Source: a virus
Virus record (IMG/VR): IMGVR_UViG_3300029374_000001
Location: 128,001 to 192,000 of that record
Strand: one strand, 5' to 3'
DNA: 64,000 bases
The notes under the pieces were generated by a model. That model was not told the origin of the DNA, did no database searches, and worked only from the letters and a program-made list of their open reading frames with translations. The number at the start of each line of letters is the position of its first letter. The stretch's first letter is position 1. The position numbers and the translations under genes were made by a program. This document shows positions 55,700-64,000 of this stretch, piece after piece.

Positions 55700-55727
55700 A
55701 TCTCCAGAGCTATATAGCTCTGGAGAT
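55700..55727 (-). terminator. hairpin terminator (ATCTCCAGAGCTATATAGCTCTGGAGAT) with a minus-strand T-run
   Basis: Near-identical in architecture to the hairpin at 49277. Downstream of minus gene 55747..56034. Confidence 0.55.
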
Positions 55728-55746
55728 CTTTATGATTGAAATATAA

Positions 55747-56034
55747 TTATTTCTGAGCTTCGAGAAGAGCAGATTCAAGAGCAGTCAGATCTTCTTCTTC
55801 ATCCTCTTTTTTATCTTTTTTCTCTTCGTCGTCTTCTTCTTTGTCTTTCTTAGATTTCTTCTTGCTCTTTTTGTCTTCAGAATCTTCGTCATCATCCTTC
55901 TTAGAATGTTTCTTGGATTCCTGAACAAGAGAGAATTCATATTCAGATTCTTCAATCATAGCTTCGAGTTCATCACAGGCAGCATTGTAGCCTTCTGCAT
56001 ATGATCTCTGGAGATCTTCTTCTGTATATAACAT
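55747..56034 (-). CDS. small protein with a K/E/D-rich acidic tail (95 aa), paralog of 62356..62586
   Basis: The N-terminus MLYTEEDLQRSYAEGYNAACDELE matches MLYTEEEYRQAYRQGFNDAVHEFNEGY of the + strand gene at 62356. Confidence 0.5.
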   Translation of the reverse strand: MLYTEEDLQRSYAEGYNAACDELEAMIEESEYEFSLVQESKKHSKKDDDEDSEDKKSKKKSKKDKEEDDEEKKDKKEDEEEDLTALESALLEAQK

Positions 56035-56086
56035 AATTTGACTTCCTTTCTTAGGAGTATAATGATATGATGATTACCTTAATGTA

Positions 56087-56476
56087 TTAGATATCATTTT
56101 TAAGGCGATCAATCATTCTATTTCTCATAGCATGAAGCATATGCTTATCATACTTCTTTGCTAATTTAGGATGTTTTTCTAATGTTTTATCAATTCTTTC
56201 GCTAAGCTGCCCAGGACGGCTGTATCCTACATTCTTACTCTTATCATTAATTCCCAATTTATTATAGGGAACAGTATAAGATCCATCCTGTTTGGTAGCA
56301 GTCATACGAGCTACTGTTTTCAAACCAGCAAATCTCTGTTCTTTATCTGCTCCAGCTTTCTTAAGAACCTTATTGGTTGTTCTCATTAGCTTCTTATCTA
56401 CAGTCTCACTATAGATTTCGCATTCTTCTTGTAATGAAAATTCAAATTCTATATCTTCATCGTCGTCGAATAACAT
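56087..56476 (-). CDS. hypothetical protein (129 aa)
   Basis: ORF with RBS GGAGAGTAATC. Confidence 0.5.
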   Translation of the reverse strand: MLFDDDEDIEFEFSLQEECEIYSETVDKKLMRTTNKVLKKAGADKEQRFAGLKTVARMTATKQDGSYTVPYNKLGINDKSKNVGYSRPGQLSERIDKTLEKHPKLAKKYDKHMLHAMRNRMIDRLKNDI

Positions 56477-56482
56477 AATAGA

Positions 56483-57332
56483 TTACTCTCCTCTCATATG
56501 ACCCGAATATTCTCCGGTATCAAAATTTTGGAAATTCATATTTTTAGCAATTTCTTTTTGTATACGTTCTTCTGGATCTTCTCCAAAAGAAGTAAATACA
56601 GAATCAGGAACTCTGAACTTATTAGACTTACTCATTCCTTCCAATTCAGATACAGGAATCTGTGTAGCTTTAGAATATGCTTCTCGTACTGCTTTATTTT
56701 GCAGCATATCCATAAGCATTTGTTGTTCATTAGCTCTTTGTTTTTGCACAAATTCATTGAACATCATGCCCATACCCATCTTCATCATCTTAAGCTGATC
56801 GTTCATTTGCTTAAGAGATTCAGATTGTTCTTCTGGAGGAAGTTTAAGTTCTTCTACAATTTCTGTATAGCGTTCTTCTAGTTCTCTACCAACAGAATCA
56901 TCTACAGAATCTTCTGTCTTAATAGTAGACTTATTAATACCAAAGTTTTCTTTTAGATTCTTTCCTTCATACCATACATAAAGAGCCATTAAGTAAGAGA
57001 ATACCAGATCGTCATGTGAATTGTCTGAGTGTTCCACTTTACCATTTCTCTTAACAACCATCTTTGATAATTCATCAAACATGACTGGAGAATATATTTT
57101 ATCTTTATGACGTTCCATACGTTCTCTTAATATCTCTATCAAGAGGTCTCGTACATCTTTGGATGAATCTAAACCATATACTTTTGTTCTTTGTTTACGA
57201 CGAATAGGTCTTCCCAAAGAATCAGAAGTTTCTTCTATAATACGATCTTTAATTTCGTAATATAAGTTTTCCTTAATACCACCAGGCTCTTTAAGCTTGG
57301 ATATTAACGATGCGCCAAAACCCAATCTGTTT
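56483..57332 (-). CDS. terL: large terminase subunit, 3' exon (C-terminal nuclease part plus a long acidic tail)
   Basis: Contains the terminase-nuclease C-terminal catalytic motif (KVEHSDNSHDDLVFSYLMALYVW; HDD + AL). Neither the TTG at 57325 nor the reading frame extended upstream has a credible RBS. The frame is continuous with terL exon 1 if a 291-nt intron is removed. Confidence 0.55.
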
Positions 57333-57623
57333 CATTATAGACGCAACTCTATAACGCTTGGTCAATTCCAATGCACCTTCCATTACAGAACGTGTGCAGA
57401 TCATTTGTCATCCCTCTATAATTATTTATAGTAGGGCCAGGATTTTTCTTCCACCATATGCTTGTGGTTCTACTCTCCCGTCAGGAGATGATCGTTGAAC
57501 GTCTCATCTTAATTAAGATGCTTTCGCTGCTAAACAGAGGAGATTACTTTTGCTCCTCTTTCAAAGCAATTAACCCTGTTGAAATATATAGATTACTCTA
57601 TATACTGAGATTGCTGTTAAGCT
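57333..57623 (-). ncRNA. putative group I self-splicing intron (about 291 nt) splitting terL
   Basis: On the minus strand: R-like GUUCAACGAUCAUC. A partner S AUGAUC forms a P7 pairing with GAUCAU. P-like AAUUGCUUUGAAAG pairs with Q-like GCGAAAGCAUC. The intron ends in G. A 5' splice site after ...GGAGU gives an in-frame junction ...NIERNGV|NRLGFGASL.... Exact boundaries uncertain by a few nt. Confidence 0.5.
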
Positions 57624-59104
57624 ACTCCATTTCTTTCGATATTAACTACCGCATTGGGCATCATTGTTTTAACCAACCATATTAATACTCTGGCTAAGTC
57701 AGGAATACTCATATAGTTACATTTGATTCCGCCAATAAATTTAGTAGTGGCAGAATCTATAACAGATATAGCCGTATAGTCTCGTTTATATCCGCCAGAT
57801 ACGTCAACTCCGATAATAGGAGGATTAATTGGAATACCGGTTACACTAACCGGAACCGTATCATAAATATTAAACGAATATTTGTTAAGAATAAGTAGTG
57901 AACGAATTGGTTCGTGTAGCATACCTCTAAGAGCTTCCAAATCATCTTGACTGAATGGGGAGTTCTCAGGAGTATCAATCCACTCCAACAAAATTTCTCG
58001 ACGTATGTCTACCATTTTCCAGAGCATACTCTTACACTGATTATAGAACCATTCTTCACCAAGTCCAAGCTGTCTATAGTTATACTTAATATATACAAAG
58101 ACAGAGTTCATATTGCTGGAAACAATATTCATAATCTGCTCATATGTCAGATCATACCATCTCTCAGAGAATGGTGTAGCATTGTTAATCATATCAAAAG
58201 CAAACTGGCCTTCATGAGAAGATAGTATACCTGCTGTTGTTGTGATTGTAATGCCATGAGGAACTCCTGCTGCTTTTGCATTTTCAAACGCTTTGGTCAA
58301 TGCAGGCATAGAGTTAATCATAATGGTTTGGTTATAAGCAGTAAATGCCCATTCGTCCGCCCACCATAACGTAACAGTCTGACCACGTAATAAGTTAGCC
58401 GCTGCTGTTTCATTACGAGCACCTGGTACGGTACGAATAATATTATGGTTAATCGGATGCTGGATATTGGTAACTGTAGACGGAAGTCTTTTCTTCTTAC
58501 CATTGACCATAGAAAATTCCTGGGACAATTGTAAGTATGTTGGCAATAGATCTCGTATCGCTTTAAATGATTCCAGGTTTCGTTTAGAGTCCTGGTTATT
58601 TTTATTCATGAAGATAATATTAGAGTTCGTTGAAGCAAAATTGTAAATATATAAATATCTTACATTGGCCGCCATCGTCTTACCAATCTGACGAGGCATT
58701 TCAAAGAAGAGATTTAAATTATACATTGCACAGAAGTTATATGCTAAGTTACCTCTGTTTAACTGATATGGTACACCTTTAGGATGACCGTTGGCTGTAA
58801 CTCTAACTACTTCTCTTAAGAAATACCAATAATTAATTTGTACTTCTTTAAGAATCTTAATCTTCATTTGCGTACTTAGCATAGGATCATATGGATCTAC
58901 TCCTGCTAAGTCAGGATCAAATAAAGCTAACATGAATCTATTATTTTTTATATCTTGAGACTTCAAAAAATAATGCATCTCTAAGAAAGACTTATTTGAT
59001 GTAGACATCTGATAATAAATCTGTCTGTTTGCTGGTCGAGGTTGTTGTAATGCTGGTACTGGAGTTTCATCAGGAAATAAAGCACTTCCTTGTAATGATT
59101 CCAA
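57624..59104 (-). CDS. terL: large terminase subunit, 5' exon (ATPase domain plus the start of the nuclease domain)
   Basis: Walker A PRQIGKT. Walker B WWADEWAF. First nuclease-domain motif IIGVDVSGGYKRDYTAISVID. The ORF 57617..59104 stops 45 aa after that motif. The nuclease fold is missing unless it is joined to 56483..57332. Confidence 0.7.
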
Positions 59105-59148
59105 TCTTAATACCTCCTTTCCAAATTATTAGTATGTCAAAAATATTA

Positions 59149-59176
59149 TCTACCACACCAAAAATGGTGTGGTAGA
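59149..59176 (-). terminator. hairpin terminator (TCTACCACACCAAAAATGGTGTGGTAGA) with a minus-strand T-run
   Basis: Perfect 11-bp stem downstream of minus gene 59199..61442. Confidence 0.55.
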
Positions 59177-59198
59177 CTTATTATATAGATTAAATAGA

Positions 59199-61442
59199 TT
59201 ATTTTGCCTGTTGTTCGTTATTCTGTTCAGGAGTTTCTTCTTTCTTTTCTTCTGGTTTAGTTTCTGTTGTCTGACCTTCCTCGGGTTTTTCTTCAGGAAC
59301 TTCATCCAGTTTTTTGCGCTCTATTAAAGATTTAAGAATCTTGTTATAGTAATCATTATAGATTGCTTTCAATGCATCGCCTTCACAGCTAAGAATATTA
59401 TTAACTACTTTGGAGTAAATATTGAAAGCAGTTTCAAGAGATTTAATCTTCTTTTCAGCTTCCGGATTAGGAGCATTTTTCTTATCTTCCGATTTCTGCT
59501 GGTCATCATTCTTCTGATCTGACTGAGGATTATTACCAGTAGAATTATTTGCATTAGCCGGCGGAGGAGGAGTTCCAGCCTTATCATTATTAGGCTGTGG
59601 TTTAGTTTCACCAGCATTTGTATCTGGACCTTCATTATAAGATTCTATTCCATCAATATCATTAAAGTATTCTTCTAAGATCTTTTTGATATTTACAGAT
59701 TCTTGTGTTCCATTAGCCGCAGCTGGAGTCGTTTTAATCTTATTCAATTCCTGATCCTTATATCTCTGAGCAGCTTCTAATTTATTCTGAAGTTTATTAC
59801 CAAACTGTGCAGGAACTTTCAACTCTGCTATAGCATCAACCTGAGCAAAGAGTTTAGCGACTGTAGTTGTCTTCATATTTGCTGCTGTCAGTTTAGACAT
59901 AACATAGGTTACATTGTCATCTTTAATTTCTTTTACTTTGGTCAGATCATTGCCAGCAAAATAGTTCTTCAAATATCTCTGACAGGTTTTAGTATCATCG
60001 AGTCCTTCTAGATTATTCATTTCCGGAATAATAGCGGCAAGTAATTTCGGAACTGCTGTCTTTTCATCAGAAGTATTTTCATTAGACATAATCTTTTCAT
60101 AGAAGAACTGGAAGTCTTTCATATTCAGATTAACAGATCTGGATAATGCTGCATCTAAGTTGACAGATGGTACTTCAACTTCATATTCATTTGCAGTAGC
60201 GTCCAATGCTTTCTGCATATTGCCAAGTAAAGATTTATCGTTCTTAATATTCTGTAACTTCTTAGCAGCCATGCCAAAGAAATTAAGAATAGCTTCTTTA
60301 ATTTTAGCAAAGAGAGCTTTGATACGTTCCCAGATTGTTTTGCTGCTATTTTCATCTGCCTCATTAATCAGATCATATACAACCGTATTTGCAAATTCAG
60401 ATTCCAAAGCAATCAGTTGATTAGAATAAATAACATCTTTGGTTTCACTGAATGTATAGAGATCAGACAAATCTGTGTCTTCATCAATCAAAGCGTCTTC
60501 ATCGTCACTAATATCATAAGATTCTGTAATTTTAAACTGATCACAAATATAACTATCAGATTTATCTGGATTTAAGTATTCTGATAAAGCATCAGCTTTC
60601 ATAGAATAGATAATATTAGCATATTTGAGATACTTATTAAAATAAGAGCAAATTGTATTGGACAATTCCTGTTTTCTAAAATCAATCTGCCTACCCTGCT
60701 GATCATCCATTGCTCTATAATGAATAGCTAACTCTGATCTAATCTTATTCAATCTCTTGATAACATCGTTCAGAGAAGAATTATACAGAGCTACAGAGTC
60801 TGTAATTTTATCTATATTTTCTTTGATTTCACTCAGTCTGGATCCAATTTTATCGTCTGATGTCAACTGAATAATTTCAATCTTGTCTCCGCCTCTAAAA
60901 TGAGCATATGTTTTGGCAACCAAATCGGCATCTGTGACTTCATGACATCCGGTCATATCTCCAATGATTGTTCTTTTATCATCATTGATATGATGAATCA
61001 TTTCATTTAATGCGTCATAATAACTCTTAGCTTTATCAGATACTACACCTACTCCACTATAATTATTCATCATAGTTTCAATCTGTGTCAAGACCATGCT
61101 TAATTTCTTCAAGCAAGGAATGGGTTCAGATAAGTTTGTGTATTTGTAAGACTTACCATACATACCGCCATGATCCATTGTAAGAGACATTTGAAATCTG
61201 TATAGATCAAACAGTATTTTCTTAGAAATAATCTTTTCAGATTCTTTAATTCTATAGATCGCATCTTTATAAGAATCAGCTTGGTCAATCTTAACATCAT
61301 CATCAGCAATCAATACAGACTGCTTCATAATAGAAGTTGTCAAAGATGGGTTTTTACTCTCTTTATTGAATTTTACCCCCATGCTATTAGGAGTAAAAAT
61401 CTTTTGAGCCATATTATCAAAAGAGAAAGTAGTATTCTCCAT
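59199..61442 (-). CDS. hypothetical protein (747 aa) immediately upstream of terL, with a low-complexity P/N/Q/K-rich C-terminus
   Basis: Long ORF with RBS GGAGAATTATA. No portal motifs could be confirmed by eye. Confidence 0.6.
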   Translation of the reverse strand: MENTTFSFDNMAQKIFTPNSMGVKFNKESKNPSLTTSIMKQSVLIADDDVKIDQADSYKDAIYRIKESEKIISKKILFDLYRFQMSLTMDHGGMYGKSYKYTNLSEPIPCLKKLSMVLTQIETMMNNYSGVGVVSDKAKSYYDALNEMIHHINDDKRTIIGDMTGCHEVTDADLVAKTYAHFRGGDKIEIIQLTSDDKIGSRLSEIKENIDKITDSVALYNSSLNDVIKRLNKIRSELAIHYRAMDDQQGRQIDFRKQELSNTICSYFNKYLKYANIIYSMKADALSEYLNPDKSDSYICDQFKITESYDISDDEDALIDEDTDLSDLYTFSETKDVIYSNQLIALESEFANTVVYDLINEADENSSKTIWERIKALFAKIKEAILNFFGMAAKKLQNIKNDKSLLGNMQKALDATANEYEVEVPSVNLDAALSRSVNLNMKDFQFFYEKIMSNENTSDEKTAVPKLLAAIIPEMNNLEGLDDTKTCQRYLKNYFAGNDLTKVKEIKDDNVTYVMSKLTAANMKTTTVAKLFAQVDAIAELKVPAQFGNKLQNKLEAAQRYKDQELNKIKTTPAAANGTQESVNIKKILEEYFNDIDGIESYNEGPDTNAGETKPQPNNDKAGTPPPPANANNSTGNNPQSDQKNDDQQKSEDKKNAPNPEAEKKIKSLETAFNIYSKVVNNILSCEGDALKAIYNDYYNKILKSLIERKKLDEVPEEKPEEGQTTETKPEEKKEETPEQNNEQQAK

Positions 61443-61563
61443 TTATAATTCTCCTTTCTAACTAAAAAAGTATTTATTTAAATGTTTATGGGGAAGTTTA
61501 TGATATTCTTATAATAAAACATTTTATTAATTAAGCCTCTTTATGAAAGGAGAGTTGATTTAT

Positions 61564-62343
61564 ATGCCTGGAGTTGGTATTGTAAATAGACAAAGCCAAT
61601 TACTTGATCTAATAGAACATCGTTTAGGAACGAAACAATTAAATCTTCCAGATACTTTAAACAAAGATGTTTGGTTTGATAATGTTATATCTAAAGAAAC
61701 GTTGAATACATTTTCTAGATTTTTTCCCTATGAAATGACCTACTATCTGACAGCAGATAGAAGAAAAGGTCCATATTATTTAATTGATGAAAATGTATGT
61801 CCTTCTGTCAATATTATTGGTATAGGAGATATTGATTGGCATATCTTAAGTAAGAATATGCCTGCCTTTGGATTTGGTTCGGGATTCTATTCTACGTTTG
61901 ATTTCTTCTTGAATGGACTGGATGTTGAAGGTATTGCCATGCAGCAACAGATGGTAGACCATGCCAGTATCTTCAAAGCAGGAATCTATGTAGAGTTCAA
62001 ACCACCGAATATGGTTAGACTCCAATCTAATCTTAGTAACAATATGCTGGAAATGCTAAAAGCAATTCCAATTCATTTGTTCGTCGTTCATGCTCCTAAC
62101 TTGATGACTATTGAGCCTACTAAGATGGAGACATTTGAACAATTGGCGGTATCTGATGTAGCAATATTCCTTTATAATAATTTGAAGTACTATAATAATA
62201 TCAATACTCCATATGCTACAGCAGAATTACAAATTGATATACTTCAAGATTATGCTAATAGACGAGACGATATTGTACAGCAACTTCGTGACGGATACGT
62301 CTCAGCAAGCAATCGTTATCAGAATATTATGATTACAATTTGA
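61564..62343 (+). CDS. hypothetical protein (about 259 aa)
   Basis: ORF 61543..62343. The start was set at the ATG 61564, preceded by AAAGGAGAG. Confidence 0.55.
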   Translation: MPGVGIVNRQSQLLDLIEHRLGTKQLNLPDTLNKDVWFDNVISKETLNTFSRFFPYEMTYYLTADRRKGPYYLIDENVCPSVNIIGIGDIDWHILSKNMPAFGFGSGFYSTFDFFLNGLDVEGIAMQQQMVDHASIFKAGIYVEFKPPNMVRLQSNLSNNMLEMLKAIPIHLFVVHAPNLMTIEPTKMETFEQLAVSDVAIFLYNNLKYYNNINTPYATAELQIDILQDYANRRDDIVQQLRDGYVSASNRYQNIMITI

Positions 62344-62355
62344 TGGTGATATATT

Positions 62356-62586
62356 ATGCTATACACAGAAGAAGAATACAGACAGGCTTATAGACAAGGC
62401 TTTAATGACGCTGTACACGAATTTAATGAAGGATATCAGATTAAAGATAAGACGATGAATAATGCAACCTCTAGAATTGTATATAGACGTCATTTGCCTA
62501 AACTAAAGCCCGAAAAGGCTAAAGCTAAAATCTTTAAAAAGTCTGCTTATGAGAAATATAAAGACAAATCTTTAATAATCAAATAA
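62356..62586 (+). CDS. small basic protein (76 aa), paralog of 55747..56034
   Basis: Shares the MLYTEE..Y..G.N.A..E N-terminal domain with the minus-strand gene at 55747. Confidence 0.5.
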   Translation: MLYTEEEYRQAYRQGFNDAVHEFNEGYQIKDKTMNNATSRIVYRRHLPKLKPEKAKAKIFKKSAYEKYKDKSLIIK

Positions 62587-62602
62587 AAAATAAAGATGAT
62601 AT

Positions 62603-62628
62603 TCCCATAGCCCATATAGGCTATGGGA
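62603..62628. terminator. bidirectional terminator (TCCCATAGCCCATATAGGCTATGGGA)
   Basis: Perfect palindrome of the CCATAG..ATAT..CTATGG family between convergent genes. Confidence 0.6.
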
Positions 62629-62633
62629 GTCTA

Positions 62634-62939
62634 TTATGCGCTACATACTTTAAGAAAATCATCTTTAGATATAGTACAGATATATACACCATTATGTTTA
62701 TCTTTAATAAACAGTCTGTAATCTGTAGATGGCTTAAGATCTACAGATGAGGTATTATCTGTAATATAGATATCCAATCCATGTTTCCTAAGAGTTTGAA
62801 TATCTTCAGAGGTTAACATAAATTGTCCATCTTGATACAGAAAAGATTTTACAATTTCCCGAATTAATCCAGAATTATTATCCTTTGATATATATTCGAA
62901 TAGAAGTTGTAATTCTTTAATAAGTCCTTCATCAATCAT
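62634..62939 (-). CDS. hypothetical protein (101 aa)
   Basis: ORF that overlaps the upstream gene by 4 nt (ATGA coupling). Confidence 0.5.
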   Translation of the reverse strand: MIDEGLIKELQLLFEYISKDNNSGLIREIVKSFLYQDGQFMLTSEDIQTLRKHGLDIYITDNTSSVDLKPSTDYRLFIKDKHNGVYICTISKDDFLKVCSA

Positions 62940-63619
62940 GATAATCCTCCAGACTTAGCAATAGCTGTTCTAATTAGATCATATGCATCATTAAGATCCA
63001 TTGTCTTTCTGTCTACATATGTTTCTAATGGAACTCGTAATGATTCTTTACAAATCATATCTAGTTCATCAAAAGCTTTTTCTTTAGACATTGGAATGTA
63101 GTATTTATTTACATTAGATTTAAGTTCTTCATAAGATAGATGTTGATATGTCTGATCAAATACCACAGGAACTTTTAATGCTTTAATCAAATCATTCTTA
63201 TGCTCTCTGATAAATAAGAGAGTATTGTACTTATTACCCAACTCAATATCTTTATAGTTTCTATATTGTATAGAATGTCTATTAAAAGTGTAAGTATTCT
63301 TAGCTTTATATTGATTCAGATGAGATAACTCATGAATAACTACTTCCGCTATGAATCCTCTCTGTCTGGGTAAATTGTTGGCAAATGCGAATTGTATATA
63401 TCTGACTATAGTATCTAAATAAATTGTAATCGTATTCAGATACATAGATGCATTATACCGAGTAACATATCCTTCAGTAGAATAAGACAATTCTGCACAA
63501 ATAATGAGTGGATTAATCTTTCCATTGGTATAATCGTAAGTATCATAGACAATATTCTTAATATCTTCTATAGATAATATTGTCTCTATTCCATATTCTT
63601 GAATTAAGGATGCATCCAT
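62936..63619 (-). CDS. putative zinc metallopeptidase-like protein with an HExxH motif (about 227 aa)
   Basis: AEVVIHELSHLNQYK contains HELSH (HExxH). ORF 62936..63652. The start was moved to the ATG at 63619 (MDASLIQ...), which has an AGGAGA RBS. The longer start sits inside the upstream terminator hairpin. Confidence 0.45.
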   Translation of the reverse strand: MDASLIQEYGIETILSIEDIKNIVYDTYDYTNGKINPLIICAELSYSTEGYVTRYNASMYLNTITIYLDTIVRYIQFAFANNLPRQRGFIAEVVIHELSHLNQYKAKNTYTFNRHSIQYRNYKDIELGNKYNTLLFIREHKNDLIKALKVPVVFDQTYQHLSYEELKSNVNKYYIPMSKEKAFDELDMICKESLRVPLETYVDRKTMDLNDAYDLIRTAIAKSGGLS

Positions 63620-63645
63620 ATTACTTTCTCCTATGACATAAAGTA

Positions 63646-63673
63646 TATGCATAGCCTATATAGGCTATGCATA
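63646..63673 (-). terminator. hairpin terminator (TATGCATAGCCTATATAGGCTATGCATA)
   Basis: Perfect palindrome downstream of minus gene 63686..63985. It has the same core (AGCCTATATAGGCT) as the hairpin at 62603. Confidence 0.55.
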
Positions 63674-63685
63674 CTTCTTATTATA

Positions 63686-63985
63686 TTAAGGAATATCAAC
63701 ACCTTCAGACTGTAATTGCTGTCTGATGATATTGATCTTATTAAAGTTAATTGTATTCAATTGTCTAAAGCTCAAACCAATAGCATATTCATTGAAATTT
63801 CTTCTAGAGAATTCATCACCAATCATCTTCAGATAGTGAATGATAGCCGATGTATCTAAGTTCTCCAAGATCAATAGAATCGTGTTCTTGATTTGCGCGT
63901 TATTTCCTTCTACAATAGGAGTTACCCAGGGTTCTTCTTTTTCTATACCTCGATCAATCGTTGTATCGAAGACAGTACCCATCAA
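63686..63985 (-). CDS. hypothetical protein (99 aa)
   Basis: ORF near the window edge. Confidence 0.45.
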   Translation of the reverse strand: MMGTVFDTTIDRGIEKEEPWVTPIVEGNNAQIKNTILLILENLDTSAIIHYLKMIGDEFSRRNFNEYAIGLSFRQLNTINFNKINIIRQQLQSEGVDIP

Positions 63986-64000
63986 TAGAGCAGAAAACTC

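Noticed and set aside
59199-61442. Calling the 747-aa gene next to terL the portal protein
   Set aside because: Adjacency is suggestive, but no portal-specific motifs could be recognised by eye and the C-terminus is low-complexity. It was left as hypothetical.
1-64000. tRNA genes or other small RNA genes in intergenic gaps
   Set aside because: Scanning intergenic regions for GTTCGAATC/GTTCAAAT-type T-loop motifs and cloverleaf-sized gaps found nothing convincing. Intergenic spaces are mostly occupied by promoters and terminators. A tRNAscan or Infernal run would be needed to be sure.

Overview
This AT-rich (~30-35% GC), gene-dense 64 kb window looks like part of a large virulent (jumbo-type) tailed phage genome. 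No integrase, rRNA, tRNA or CRISPR array could be recognised. The genes sit in alternating-strand modules separated by strong hairpin terminators.

Recognisable genes:
- A giant 2,950-2,990 aa virion/tape-measure-like protein with four glycine-zipper transmembrane repeats, a lysozyme-like domain and a C-terminal M23 peptidase.
- A 1,026 aa protein with tandem CBM5/12-like carbohydrate-binding repeats.
- A gp25-like baseplate protein.
- An SbcC/Rad50-like ATPase.
- A free-standing HNH homing endonuclease.
- A protein carrying only the C-terminal Tnp domain of IS110 transposases.
- The N-terminal module of a multisubunit-RNAP beta-prime subunit.
- A large terminase.

The most interesting points:
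1. Both the RNAP beta-prime gene and terL appear to be split by small ORF-less group I introns. Both carry canonical P/Q/R/S core elements. The beta-prime intron sits inside the catalytic NADFDGD-equivalent motif.
2. A 2.2 kb non-coding array of about 60 degenerate ~33 bp iteron-like units (TGANTCA ... TGTAWCA) lies immediately downstream of the IS110-Tnp-domain gene.
3. A conserved promoter family recurs at least nine times: TGTAATCTA, a T-rich spacer, TATATATTATA, then (G)ATGAGA. Each copy is followed by a palindrome in the 5' leader.
4. Several families of near-identical terminator hairpins share ATAT(G) loops.

All functional calls rest on motif recognition by eye. Splice junctions and promoter function need experimental or computational confirmation.
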